Of a stretch of DNA of 64,000 bases, positions 29,542 to 38,931 are shown piece by piece. The notes below the pieces were generated by a model. It was not told the DNA's origin. It saw only the letters and a program-made list of their open reading frames with translations, and did not search any database. Within the stretch, counting starts at the first letter, position 1, and each line of letters opens with the position of its first letter. Both the position numbers and the translations under genes were made by a program. This DNA comes from Thermoplasmatota archaeon (lineage in GTDB: Archaea; Thermoplasmatota; Thermoplasmata; UBA10834). Location of the stretch: contig JBFMHR010000003.1 in the NCBI GenBank assembly GCA_040751795.1, positions 192,001 to 256,000 of the forward strand, in the 5' to 3' direction.

Positions 29542-30273
29542 ATGGCCGCTATCGAGGCACGCGAAGTGACGATGGATTTCGGCGGGATGAAGGCCCTCGA
29601 CCGCGTCAGCCTGGAGGTGGGGAAGGGCGACGTCTTCGGCTTCTTCGGCCCCAACGGCGCGGGCAAGACCACCCTGATCAGGATACTCACGGGCCAGCTC
29701 GAGCCGACCTCCGGCACGGTGAGCGTCCTCGGGGTCGACGTGGTCAAGGACCCCATCAGGGTCAAGGAGCTCGTCGGGATCGTCCCCGAGGTCGAGAGCC
29801 CCCCGACCTACCTGACCGCCTACGAGTACATGTACTTCGTCGGGAAGGTGCGGAAGCTGGACGGCCTCGAGGAGCGGATCGACAAGTGGCTCGCCTACTT
29901 CGACCTCGAGACCAAGAAGGGAACGATCTGCAAGGACATGTCCAAGGGCATGCGCCAGAAGCTGATGCTCGCGTCCGCGTTCATGCACGAGCCAGAGCTC
30001 CTGTTCCTGGACGAGCCGTTCATCAACCTCGACCCGATCTACCAGAAGCTCCTCAGGGAGTACATCGAGGAGTACGTGGCCAAGGGGGGCACGGTGTTCC
30101 TCTGCTCGCACATTCTGGAGATCGCCGAGCGCCTCTGCAACAGGCTCGCCATCGTCAACCTGGGCAAGGTGGCGCTGCAGGGGACCAAGGCCGACCTCGT
30201 CAAGGGGGACGAGGACCTCGAGCACGTGTTCATGCGCGCGATCGGAGGCGGTCTGATACGAAGACCCTCCTGA
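29542..30273 (+). CDS. ABC transporter ATP-binding protein
   Basis: GPNGAGKTT, MSKGMRQK, LFLDEP, CSH. Confidence 0.95.
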   Translation: MAAIEAREVTMDFGGMKALDRVSLEVGKGDVFGFFGPNGAGKTTLIRILTGQLEPTSGTVSVLGVDVVKDPIRVKELVGIVPEVESPPTYLTAYEYMYFVGKVRKLDGLEERIDKWLAYFDLETKKGTICKDMSKGMRQKLMLASAFMHEPELLFLDEPFINLDPIYQKLLREYIEEYVAKGGTVFLCSHILEIAERLCNRLAIVNLGKVALQGTKADLVKGDEDLEHVFMRAIGGGLIRRPS

Positions 30274-30278
30274 GGCTG

Positions 30279-31724
30279 ATGCTCAAGGAGGAGTTCAGGA
30301 GCCACGCCTCCTACTCCGGGCAGGAGCGCTTCCTGACCTTCCCCGTCTTCGTGTTCGTCATAGCGACGATCGTCGCCCTGACCCTCGACAAGACCCTGGA
30401 GACGGTGTCGCTCAGGCAGATGATGGAGTTCTCCCACCTGTCGGCGTTCATCTACGGCCTCAGCGTGGGCACGTTCGGGCTCATGGGCAGGCAGTACCTG
30501 GAGAGGCGCTACGGCAGGAGCAACTACCTCGTGGCCATGCCGTACATCCTCCCCCTGTCCTTCAAGACCACTTTCCTCGGGATCTACCTCAGGGACGCGC
30601 TGTTCTACCTGATACTGCTGCTCGTCCCGGCGACCGGGGGCCTCCTCGCGGCCGCCCCGGTCATGGGCTACTCCTACGTCAGCATCGGGCTCTTCTTCAG
30701 CGCGATACTCCTGACCTTCATGGTCGGCCTCTCCATGAGCTTCCTCGCCTCGGTCATGTACATCAGGGACAAGAGGTGGTTCGGCGCGTTCACGGCTGCC
30801 ATAGCGGCGCTCTTCGTGCTCCACGGCGCCTTCGGCCTGGTGCCACTGGAGGCCGTGCTGCCCCCGCTGGGGATGCAGATGAACGTGCGCCCGTTCGCCC
30901 TCGACGGCCCCGCCGCCCTCGCGTTCGCCGCGGCCTCCGTCGCCGAGGTCGCCGCGATGACCCTCTTGGCCTACTCGCTGGTCGAGGTGAGGATCAGCAT
31001 CACGTCGCAGTCGTACCCTGACCTCCTCCCGAGGTACCACGCCCGGATGGACTGGCTGAAGGGCATGGCCCGCACCCTCGTCGCGAAGGAGTTCGTCGAC
31101 CTGAAGAGGAGCGGGACCGTGGCCAAGATGTCCTTCTCCTTCGTCCTGCCCCTCCTGTTCCTCTCCTTCACGACCTGGTTCGTGAACTACGGCCTCGCCA
31201 TCCCGGTCGGGTTCAACACCGTCTTCTACGCGTCCATGGTGGGCTTCGTGGGGGTGATGATGTACAGCTGGCTGAACAACATAGACCTCGCCGAGTACTA
31301 CTCCCTCATCCCGGTCACCGTCCCCCAGCTCATCAAGGTCAGGGTCACGGTCTTCCTGGTCCTCACCCTCGGCATATCGGCGTTCTTCGTGGTCGGCATC
31401 TCGGTGCTCAACGACGAGGTCAGGTACCTGTGGCTCGCGCTCCTGGTGATGTTCGTCACATCCCTCTACATGGTCCTGGTGCTCGCCTACCTCACCGGCC
31501 TGAGGACCAACACGTTCCTCTTCGACACGAGCGTGCTGGCCAAGTTCAGCGTCATGTCCTTCCTGCCGGACGTGTGCCTCGTGATACTCTCCTTCACCCT
31601 GAAGACCGAGTGGACCTTCGCCCTCCTGGGCCTCGCCCTGGTCCTCTCCTCCATGTTCGTCACATCGATGATACTCTACAGGGGGATCGAGTCCAAGTGG
31701 GGCAGGTCGTCCTTCACTGAGTAG
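30279..31724 (+). CDS. putative ABC exporter permease
   Basis: About 12 TM helices in two halves, each starting KEEF/KEF; follows the ATPase. Start may be ACG 30258. Confidence 0.8.
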   Translation: MLKEEFRSHASYSGQERFLTFPVFVFVIATIVALTLDKTLETVSLRQMMEFSHLSAFIYGLSVGTFGLMGRQYLERRYGRSNYLVAMPYILPLSFKTTFLGIYLRDALFYLILLLVPATGGLLAAAPVMGYSYVSIGLFFSAILLTFMVGLSMSFLASVMYIRDKRWFGAFTAAIAALFVLHGAFGLVPLEAVLPPLGMQMNVRPFALDGPAALAFAAASVAEVAAMTLLAYSLVEVRISITSQSYPDLLPRYHARMDWLKGMARTLVAKEFVDLKRSGTVAKMSFSFVLPLLFLSFTTWFVNYGLAIPVGFNTVFYASMVGFVGVMMYSWLNNIDLAEYYSLIPVTVPQLIKVRVTVFLVLTLGISAFFVVGISVLNDEVRYLWLALLVMFVTSLYMVLVLAYLTGLRTNTFLFDTSVLAKFSVMSFLPDVCLVILSFTLKTEWTFALLGLALVLSSMFVTSMILYRGIESKWGRSSFTE

Positions 31725-31777
31725 CGAAGCATTATCTCCGCCCTGGGCGGTTCCCTTGGCCGGAGGGCTTCTACACC

Positions 31778-32344
31778 ATGGATCGGGCCGTCATGTTCAG
31801 GAGGTTCCTGCACTGCCTGATGGCCCTCGCCCCGGCCTACTACTTCCTGCCGGTCGACGTGCCCGTGCTGGAGGTGCGGAGGTGGGTCCTCCTCGTGGTC
31901 TTCATCACGGCGGTGGTCCTCGTCGAGGTGGTCCGCCTGCTCATGGGGTGGGACTTCTTCGGGCTGAGGCCGCACGAGAGGAACCAGATCGCCTCGTTCG
32001 TCTGGGCCGCGGCGGGGGTCACCGCCGCGCTCTGGCTCTTCAGGGAGGACGTCGCTACCGCGGGGATCATCGGCTGGGCCCTCGTGGATCCCCTCGCGGG
32101 GGAGCTGAGGAGGAGGGACCCGCGCAGGTCGGTGTCGGTCGCGGTCCCCGTGGCCGTGTACGCCGCCCTCGCGGCGCCGGCGCTGTACGCGTGGGGTATG
32201 CTGTCGCTGCCGTCGGTCGCCCTAGTGAGCGCCGTGGGCGCCGTCGCGGCCGTGCTGGTCGAGAGGCAGAAGGTTCGCTACGTGGACGACGACTTCCTCA
32301 TGGTCGTGCTGCCATGCCTCATAATGGAGGTCGTCACCTTCTGA
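31778..32344 (+). CDS. membrane protein, dolichol/phytol kinase-like
   Basis: RRFLH, RPHE, DPLAG, E...DDDF pattern. Confidence 0.6.
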   Translation: MDRAVMFRRFLHCLMALAPAYYFLPVDVPVLEVRRWVLLVVFITAVVLVEVVRLLMGWDFFGLRPHERNQIASFVWAAAGVTAALWLFREDVATAGIIGWALVDPLAGELRRRDPRRSVSVAVPVAVYAALAAPALYAWGMLSLPSVALVSAVGAVAAVLVERQKVRYVDDDFLMVVLPCLIMEVVTF

Positions 32345-32357
32345 CTGCCGCGCCTGG

Positions 32358-32651
32358 TCAGAGCACTTCGAGCTTCCCGTACTTGCCCGCGCTGACCTGG
32401 AGCTTGTTCTTGAAGGACGAGGCCCAGCCGTTCGTTATCCGGATCTTGGAGCTGACCTGGACCTTCTCGATGTCGTCGTTCCAGAGGGTGAGGTTGACCT
32501 TGTCCCCGCTCTCGTCCTCGCCGACCGCGTCGCAGACGCGGCCGCCCGAGCCGCTCCACTTGGAGGTCCACTCCCGGGGCTCCCCCTTCTCGACGACCGT
32601 CACCGTGAGCTCGTCGACCTTCGCCTTGTCCTTCAGGTCCTTCGCCATCAT
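32358..32651 (-). CDS. single OB-fold ssDNA-binding protein (SSB/RPA-like)
   Basis: DESG.KVNLTLWN, IRITNGW, GKYGKL. Confidence 0.88.
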   Translation of the reverse strand: MMAKDLKDKAKVDELTVTVVEKGEPREWTSKWSGSGGRVCDAVGEDESGDKVNLTLWNDDIEKVQVSSKIRITNGWASSFKNKLQVSAGKYGKLEVL

Positions 32652-32839
32652 TTTGACACGCTCTAGGAGCGTCCGAAGCGGGTCATCGTACTTAAACCTC
32701 GCCCCTCCCCGGGCCCCGGATTCGGTGCCCGACAGATGTGTGCCTTGCCACCGTTTCGAGGCCGTGCCAGATGTCCATCGAAACCTCCGTTTCTACTCCA
32801 ATTAGCATTTTATACCCTAGATTCAGATAGGGGCCGTCC

Positions 32840-33343
32840 ATGACTAGGATCAAGGTCATCACCGAACCGGCGGAGTTGGTTCCGATGTTCCGGGCGGTGG
32901 ACACCAAGGTCAAGAGGGAGGTCCTGAAACTGGTCACCCTCGAATGGCACACGGTCAAGGACATCGAGAAGCAGTTCGGTCCTGCCGGGAAGGAGGCCCT
33001 CCTCTTCTTCGAGAAGATGAAGCTCGTCGAGACCAGGTGGCAGACCTCCGAGACGCAGCAGCCCGAGAAGGCCTATCACACCTACTACACCTCGTTCCAC
33101 ATAAACGCCTCGTGGCCCGTCTACGAGATAAGCGACGTACTGGCCGCGGCGGTCATGGAGGACAAGGAGTTCCTGAAGATCGAGAAGCAGATCCACGACC
33201 TCGTCGGGGCGCAGGGCAAGTTCGCCGGGGACGTCGCGGAGATCCTCGGGGTCACGTTCACGATGCTCAAGAGCCTGGTGAAGAGGAGCACCAAGCTGGA
33301 CTACAGGGGACACAGGATCGAGCGCGTGAAGGAGCCGCATTAG
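32840..33343 (+). CDS. archaeal ArsR-like transcriptional regulator
   Basis: LVETRWQ...PEKAYHTYYTSFHIN; second HTH at C-terminus. Confidence 0.8.
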   Translation: MTRIKVITEPAELVPMFRAVDTKVKREVLKLVTLEWHTVKDIEKQFGPAGKEALLFFEKMKLVETRWQTSETQQPEKAYHTYYTSFHINASWPVYEISDVLAAAVMEDKEFLKIEKQIHDLVGAQGKFAGDVAEILGVTFTMLKSLVKRSTKLDYRGHRIERVKEPH

Positions 33344-33368
33344 CCCGCCGCGCACGGGGGGTGCGCAC

Positions 33369-33905
33369 ATGATAGTCGTCATGAGGCTCGGCCACCGCCC
33401 TGACAGGGACCAGAGGGTCACGACGCACGTCGCATTGACGGCGAGGGCGCTGGGGGCGGACGAGGTCTGGGTCTCCACGAAGGACCCCTCGCTCGAGCGC
33501 TCCGTCAGGGGCGTGGTCGAGCGGTTCGGGGGCGGCTTCGTCATCAAGACCGGCGTCGAGTGGCGCAAGGCCATCAGGTCCTGGGAGGGCACGGTCGTCC
33601 ACCTGACGATGTACGGCGAGAGCCTCTCCGAGGCCCTCCCGACCATCCCGGACGACGACCTGATGGTCGTCGTGGGGGCCGAGAAGGTCCCCAGGGAGGT
33701 CTACGAGATGGCGCACAGGAACGTGTCGGTGGGGAACCAGCCGCATTCCGAGGTCGCCGCGCTCGCGATATTCCTCGACAGGCTCAAGGGCGGGAAGGCG
33801 GTCGAGAGGGACATGAAGGGGAGGATGAGGATCGTCCCCAACCCGAGGGGGAAGACGGTAGTTGACGGACGCGAAGGCAAGGCCCGTGAAGGTGCCAAGC
33901 GCTGA
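33369..33905 (+). CDS. trm56: tRNA (cytidine(56)-2'-O)-methyltransferase
   Basis: RLGHRPDRDQRVTTHVALTARA, HLTMYG, GAEKVP, GNQPHSEVAALA. Confidence 0.96.
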   Translation: MIVVMRLGHRPDRDQRVTTHVALTARALGADEVWVSTKDPSLERSVRGVVERFGGGFVIKTGVEWRKAIRSWEGTVVHLTMYGESLSEALPTIPDDDLMVVVGAEKVPREVYEMAHRNVSVGNQPHSEVAALAIFLDRLKGGKAVERDMKGRMRIVPNPRGKTVVDGREGKAREGAKR

Positions 33906-34407
33906 GGAGTGCCTCAGGATCCTCGCGCAGAGCGGCTGCAGCGAGTCGGTCCAGCAGCACTGCGTCGCCGTCGCCCGCCTCGCCGTGAAGATCGCGAGGA
34001 GGTGCGGGGCGGACGTCGAACTGGTCCAGGCCGGTGCCCTCCTCCACGACCTCGGCCGCTGCAAGACGCATGGCATGGCCCACGCCGTCGAGGGGGCCAG
34101 GATGGCCGCGGACATGAAGCTGCCCCCGGCGCTGGTCAAGATCATCGAGAGGCACATCGGCGGGGGCATAACTAGGGCGGAGGCCGCCAAGCTGGGCCTC
34201 CCGAAGAAGGACTTCGTCCCCCGCACCCTCGAGGAGAAGGTGGTGGCCCACGCCGACAACCTCACCGCCGGGGCCAGGCGGGTGTCCATCGGCGAGACGC
34301 TCTCGGGGCTCGTGCGCAGGAGGATGAGCGAGCCTGCCGAGCAGATACTGCACCTCCACCGGGAGCTGTCCGAGGTCTGCGGCTGCGACGTCGACGAGAT
34401 ACCCTGA
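33862..34407 (+). CDS. HD domain (HDIG) phosphohydrolase
   Basis: HC..VA, LLHDLGR, HAVEGA, ERHIGGGI, EEKVVAHADN. Confidence 0.9.
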   Translation: MTDAKARPVKVPSAEECLRILAQSGCSESVQQHCVAVARLAVKIARRCGADVELVQAGALLHDLGRCKTHGMAHAVEGARMAADMKLPPALVKIIERHIGGGITRAEAAKLGLPKKDFVPRTLEEKVVAHADNLTAGARRVSIGETLSGLVRRRMSEPAEQILHLHRELSEVCGCDVDEIP

Positions 34408-34414
34408 CCGCAGG

Positions 34415-34930
34415 TCATCCAGGGTGGCGGTACCTCGGGTATTTCCCGTCCCTGTGGGCGTCGCGGAGCTTGTGGTACTCCTCCGCATTCCTCTTCGCCG
34501 CCTCCATGAGCGTCGGGTCGTTCTCCTTGACGACCTTCGCGGGCACGCCGACGACCAGGCTGCCCGGCGGCACCTTCATTCCCGACTTGACCAGGGCGTT
34601 GGCGCCTATGACGGAGCCCGAGCCCACCTCGGCGCCGTCCAGCACGGACGAGTTCATGCCGACTATGACGTAGTCGCCTATCCTCGCGGCGTGTATGATC
34701 GCCCCGTGCCCGATGGAGACGTTCCTCCCGACGATGGTGGGCTTCCCGGGGTTGCCGTGTATCTGGCAGTGCTCCTGGACGCTGGAACCCTCGCCGATCC
34801 TGACGGGGGACAGGTCCCCCCGGATGACGGCGTACGGCCAGACGCTGCAGCCCTTCTCGATGACCACGTCGCCCACTATGACGGCCTCTGGAGCTACGTA
34901 GCACGATGAGTCGACGATGGGTCCTGACAC
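34415..34930 (-). CDS. gamma carbonic anhydrase family protein
   Basis: Hexapeptide repeats, IRGD, QEHCQIH, GHGAIIH, GVPAK. Confidence 0.93.
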   Translation of the reverse strand: MSGPIVDSSCYVAPEAVIVGDVVIEKGCSVWPYAVIRGDLSPVRIGEGSSVQEHCQIHGNPGKPTIVGRNVSIGHGAIIHAARIGDYVIVGMNSSVLDGAEVGSGSVIGANALVKSGMKVPPGSLVVGVPAKVVKENDPTLMEAAKRNAEEYHKLRDAHRDGKYPRYRHPG

Positions 34931-34969
34931 GGACCGCTTGAGGGCGGTCGCGACGATAAAACCTCCGCC

Positions 34970-35251
34970 TCAGGCTTCCTTCTTCTCCGTCTTCGGCTTC
35001 GACCCCCTCTTGAGGGCCACGCGCTTCGGGAAGTACTTCAGTATCACGATGTCGCCTACGGACCCGATCCACCTGAAGGGGACGTTGACCGACTTGGACC
35101 CCTCGACGAGCAGCGGGTTCGTCTGGCTGATGAACAGTCCCTGGACCTTGTTCTCGTCCACCTCGACGACCAGGTTGGAGATGTTCCCCAGGTATATCCC
35201 CTGGTTCGTGTAGACCTGCAGACCAATCATATCAGAAGCTTCGGTGAGCAT
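34970..35251 (-). CDS. PRC-barrel protein (CdpB2-like)
   Basis: IGLQVYTNQGIYLG...VPFRWIGSVGDIVIL. Confidence 0.88.
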   Translation of the reverse strand: MLTEASDMIGLQVYTNQGIYLGNISNLVVEVDENKVQGLFISQTNPLLVEGSKSVNVPFRWIGSVGDIVILKYFPKRVALKRGSKPKTEKKEA

Positions 35252-35431
35252 CCTGCATCCCTGCGACCGTATCGCAATCCTGTCTTTAAATAGTTTTGTT
35301 TGAGCCAGATTGCCGCTCCCAAGACTACGTCTTGGGTCCCGGGACGCACATGTTCGACGCAATAGTTAAGTACGGAGGCAGCAATCGGTAGTGCGTAATA
35401 AAGGCACAAGCGTGCAATTCCGGTGGAACCG

Positions 35432-35842
35432 ATGTCTGAGCTCGATGAGATAAGACAGAGGAAGTTGCAGGAGATGATGAGGATGGCAGGCTCGGCCCCG
35501 TCAGGGGGCAACGGATTCCCAGATTCGCCAGTGGTAGTGACAGATTCCGATTTCGAGGAGACGGTCGGCAAGTACCCCTACGTGGTAGTGGACTGCTGGG
35601 CGCCGTGGTGCGGCCCGTGCAGGATGCTTTCGCCGACCGTGGACGCCATGGCCAAGGACTACAAGGGCAAGGTCGTCTTCGCCAAGCTGAACACGGACGA
35701 CAACATCGCCGTCGCCAGCAAGTTCAGGATCATGAGCATCCCCACGCTGCTCTACTTCAGGGACGGCAAGCTCGTCGACAAGTCGGTCGGCGCCCTGCCG
35801 AGGCCCATGCTCGAGTCGCAGGTGAACAAGCACCTGCAGTGA
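35432..35842 (+). CDS. trxA: thioredoxin
   Basis: WAPWCGPC, SIPT, GALP. Confidence 0.96.
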   Translation: MSELDEIRQRKLQEMMRMAGSAPSGGNGFPDSPVVVTDSDFEETVGKYPYVVVDCWAPWCGPCRMLSPTVDAMAKDYKGKVVFAKLNTDDNIAVASKFRIMSIPTLLYFRDGKLVDKSVGALPRPMLESQVNKHLQ

Positions 35843-35951
35843 TTCACGATAAACCCCATAGTCCCCACTTCCCCCACTTTTTCTGTTTCGCTGTCCAGCG
35901 AAGGCCCTGCAAAGAAACAAATCGTCCGTGGCCCATGCGTGTACGATACCG

Positions 35952-36365
35952 ATGGACTTCGTGACGACCGTCGCCTACGACGGCGCCTACCCCGCCCGGC
36001 TGGACTGCCAGAACGGCATGTCGGTGCAGTACTCCGCCCCGGTGGAACTCAGAGGGATGAAGGGGCCGATGACCCCGGAGGACGCCTTCGTCGGGGCCGC
36101 GAACATGTGCTTCCAGATCGTGTTCGGGCCCGTGGCCGAGGGCCTGGGGCTGAAGTTGCTGGCCTACCGGTGCAAGGCGGTGGGCGACCTCCAGACCGTG
36201 GACGGTTTCAAGAGGTTCGTGAGGATCACGCTGTACCCCGAGGTGCGGTTCGCCGAGGGCTCCAAGGTGGAGAACCTCCAGAAGGCCGTCGAGGGGACGA
36301 AGAAGAGGTGCCTCGTCACGAACTCGATGTCGTGCGAGGTCGTCGTTGAGCCCAAGGTGTTGTGA
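35952..36365 (+). CDS. OsmC family protein
   Basis: TPEDAFVGAANMC...CLVTNSM. Confidence 0.88.
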   Translation: MDFVTTVAYDGAYPARLDCQNGMSVQYSAPVELRGMKGPMTPEDAFVGAANMCFQIVFGPVAEGLGLKLLAYRCKAVGDLQTVDGFKRFVRITLYPEVRFAEGSKVENLQKAVEGTKKRCLVTNSMSCEVVVEPKVL

Positions 36366-36375
36366 GGTCCCGTCC

Positions 36376-37116
36376 ATGTGCAGGATGCTTGGTGTGGTGT
36401 TCCGGGAGAGGCCGAGGCTGGACGCCTTCAGGGACCTCCAGCACGTGGCCGAGGTCGGCCCCGTTCCCGACCAGGGCGACGAGCCGCCGGGGCACAGGGA
36501 CGGATGGGGCATCGCCTCGTTCATGGCGGGGTCCCCCAGGTACGTCGGCAGGAGCGAGAGGCCGATGCACATGGACCCGTCCTACGACTCGGCGCTGATC
36601 GACGTCGCGGCCCTCGATGGCCCCAACATAGCGATCGCCCATGCGCGGCGCGGCTCCGAGGGCTCGCGCTCGATGGCCAACACGCACCCTTTCATATCCG
36701 ACGGGGTGGTCTTCGCGCACAACGGCACGGTCAAGTCCTTCCAACCCCAGACCACTAGGCAGGCGAAGGGGCAGACCGACAGCGAGAGGCTGTTCATGGC
36801 CCTCCTCGACAGGGTCGACGAGAAGAAGGGGGTGGGCGAGGCGCTGAAGTCCCTCGTCCGCGAGGACGTGAAGGGGCGTGAGTACACCGCGCTCATTCTG
36901 ATGGTCTCCGACGGCAGGGCCCTCTACGGGTACCGTGGCTACGCGGAGGAGAGGAACGCGTGGTACTACGCCCTCAAGGTCTCCCAGTGCGAGGGCATCG
37001 TGACGCTCTTCCAGGAGACCGTGCAGGGCTACGCGGGCGACGTCATCGAGGTCCCCAACGGCGGGCTGGTCAAAGTGACCCTGGACCTCGGGGTGTCTTA
37101 CGAACGCGTTCTCTAG
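36376..37116 (+). CDS. class II glutamine amidotransferase (YafJ/EgtC-like)
   Basis: MCRM, HRDGWG, AHARR, NTHPF, HNGT, TDSE. Confidence 0.9.
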   Translation: MCRMLGVVFRERPRLDAFRDLQHVAEVGPVPDQGDEPPGHRDGWGIASFMAGSPRYVGRSERPMHMDPSYDSALIDVAALDGPNIAIAHARRGSEGSRSMANTHPFISDGVVFAHNGTVKSFQPQTTRQAKGQTDSERLFMALLDRVDEKKGVGEALKSLVREDVKGREYTALILMVSDGRALYGYRGYAEERNAWYYALKVSQCEGIVTLFQETVQGYAGDVIEVPNGGLVKVTLDLGVSYERVL

Positions 37117-37637
37117 GCCTCGGACTTCCTGGCCGCCAACCTTATCGCGTCGGTGACGCTGTCGCGGGGCATGATCGTCGCGATGGGGAGGTCCACGACC
37201 TTCTCTATGGTCGCGCTCACGATCGGGGCGCACACGACCGCGACCGCCCCGTCCCTCTCTGCCCTTATTGCCGCGACTATGGCGTCCTCCACGGTCGATG
37301 CGGGGTACTCCCTCACGCGCACCGTCCCGTCCCCGATGGAGACGGACCTCTCCTCCACCTCGTCGAGCACGTGGCGGGCCGCGATGACCGCGATGAAGTT
37401 GCCCGCCCTCAGCCCCTCGGCCTCCCTGACAGCCCCCACTATCCTCCTCAGGATCCCGAGGCTCGGGGACCGGTTCTCGGTGGTGATCTTGTAGAGTGTG
37501 CTGGGGGATACATCGGCCCTCTTGGCGAGTTCCTGCACCGTCATCCCGAGCTCGTCGAGCGCCGCTTCAAGCGCCTCCTTGAAAGCCTCGTCCGACTTCA
37601 TGGCCCCTGCGATGATTTTCCTAGATGCATCCTTCAT
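37113..37637 (-). CDS. XRE-family HTH regulator with C-terminal effector domain
   Basis: ELAKRADVSPSTLYKI; RAERDGAVAVVCAPI. Confidence 0.85.
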   Translation of the reverse strand: MKDASRKIIAGAMKSDEAFKEALEAALDELGMTVQELAKRADVSPSTLYKITTENRSPSLGILRRIVGAVREAEGLRAGNFIAVIAARHVLDEVEERSVSIGDGTVRVREYPASTVEDAIVAAIRAERDGAVAVVCAPIVSATIEKVVDLPIATIMPRDSVTDAIRLAARKSEA

Positions 37638-37664
37638 GTTTCCGATATATGCAAATACCTGCCC

Positions 37665-37720
37665 ATATATTTATACAATTGTATCAATCATCTGCCGTCA
37701 TTCTGCAAAGGGTTTAATAC
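37665..37720. promoter_or_regulatory. divergent promoter with palindrome ATACAATTGTAT
   Basis: Minus-strand TATA ATAAATATAT at 37665-37674, plus-strand AAAGGGTTTAATA at 37707-37719, palindrome at 37673-37684. Confidence 0.6.
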
Positions 37721-37755
37721 GCCGCGGTCGCTGACGTTGCACACAGGGGAGCATC

Positions 37756-38871
37756 ATGGACCGGAAGATAGTCATTCTGACAGTAGCCGTCGTGGCCGCG
37801 GTAGTGCTTGCTGGAGTCGCGACAGCCCTCTACTTGAACCGCGCCTCGGGCGACGACAGCGTCGGCTACGTGAACATGGCCCCGAGCCTGATGGAGGGAT
37901 GGCTCGCAGGGAACCAGTCCGATGCGTACATAGCATGGGAGCCGTACGTCTCCTCATCAGTCGTGTCCGGCACGGGCAGGGTGATCATGTGGACGAACGA
38001 GATCATGCCGAACCACCCGTGCTGCGTGGTCGCCGTCTCCGAGGACTTCCTGGCCCGGGAGGGCGGCCAGGACCTCGCAGCGAGGTTCCTCAAGGCCCAC
38101 ATCGAGGCGAACAGGTGGATGGCGGAGGCGATGGCCGATGAGGGGAGCGCCAACTACTCGCTCCTGCTCAACATGTCCGCCGCCTTCACGCTCCGGACCC
38201 CTGAGGTGGTCGAGGAGGCTCTCGGCCACGTCGAGTACGGTTACGAAATGGAAGCGGACTTCCTCTCCGCGCTCAAACAGTTCACCGACATGTACGTGGA
38301 TACGAACATCATATCCAACGAGACGCTCTCGGACCTCGGTTTCGGCAACGTCAGCGATTTCATCGAGGACTTCGTCGACGAGTCGCTCCTGGAGGTCGCA
38401 GGCGACGTTCAGCCGAGCGGCGCGATCCTCAACCCCGCGGACGAGGACGCGATCAGGCTGGGCTACCTCTCTGGGGACATACACCAGTTGGCCCAATTCA
38501 TCGCCCAGAACAAGACCGTAGGGGGAGGCGAGAAGAACCTGTTCGAGGTCTACGGCCTCAATGTGGACCCGCTCCCTCCCTATCTGAACGGAGGCGTCCT
38601 GATGGACGGCTTCTCCCTGGGCGACATCGACGTCGGCTACCTGGGCGCCCCGCCCGCGATCCAGAAGCACGCCAACCTTGGCGTGTCGGTCAAGATCATA
38701 GCGCAGGCCAACTCGGAGGGGAGCGGCATAGTGGTGCACGCGGACAGCGACATCCACACCCTGGAGGACCTGATAGGTAGGACGATCGCCACGCCGGGAG
38801 AGGCCACCATCCAGCACCTGCTGCTGAAGATAGCCCTCAGCCGCGAAGGGATCCCCTTCTTGAAGGCGTGA
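37756..38871 (+). CDS. NitT/TauT (SsuA-like) ABC substrate-binding protein, circularly permuted
   Basis: N-terminal TM anchor; AWEPY, HPCC, IRLGYL, DVGYLGAPP, NSEGSG, IATPG..TIQH. Confidence 0.88.
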   Translation: MDRKIVILTVAVVAAVVLAGVATALYLNRASGDDSVGYVNMAPSLMEGWLAGNQSDAYIAWEPYVSSSVVSGTGRVIMWTNEIMPNHPCCVVAVSEDFLAREGGQDLAARFLKAHIEANRWMAEAMADEGSANYSLLLNMSAAFTLRTPEVVEEALGHVEYGYEMEADFLSALKQFTDMYVDTNIISNETLSDLGFGNVSDFIEDFVDESLLEVAGDVQPSGAILNPADEDAIRLGYLSGDIHQLAQFIAQNKTVGGGEKNLFEVYGLNVDPLPPYLNGGVLMDGFSLGDIDVGYLGAPPAIQKHANLGVSVKIIAQANSEGSGIVVHADSDIHTLEDLIGRTIATPGEATIQHLLLKIALSREGIPFLKA

Positions 38872-38931
38872 GGCACCAAACCTCTATCTCCGGAAAAGTC
38901 ATTGGTGAGCGCGATGCCGCGTGGGCGAGCG

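Noticed and set aside
35851-35885. Short CCCCA(C/T) repeats after trxA
   Set aside because: Too short and without spacers, so not CRISPR; probably a pyrimidine-rich terminator region.
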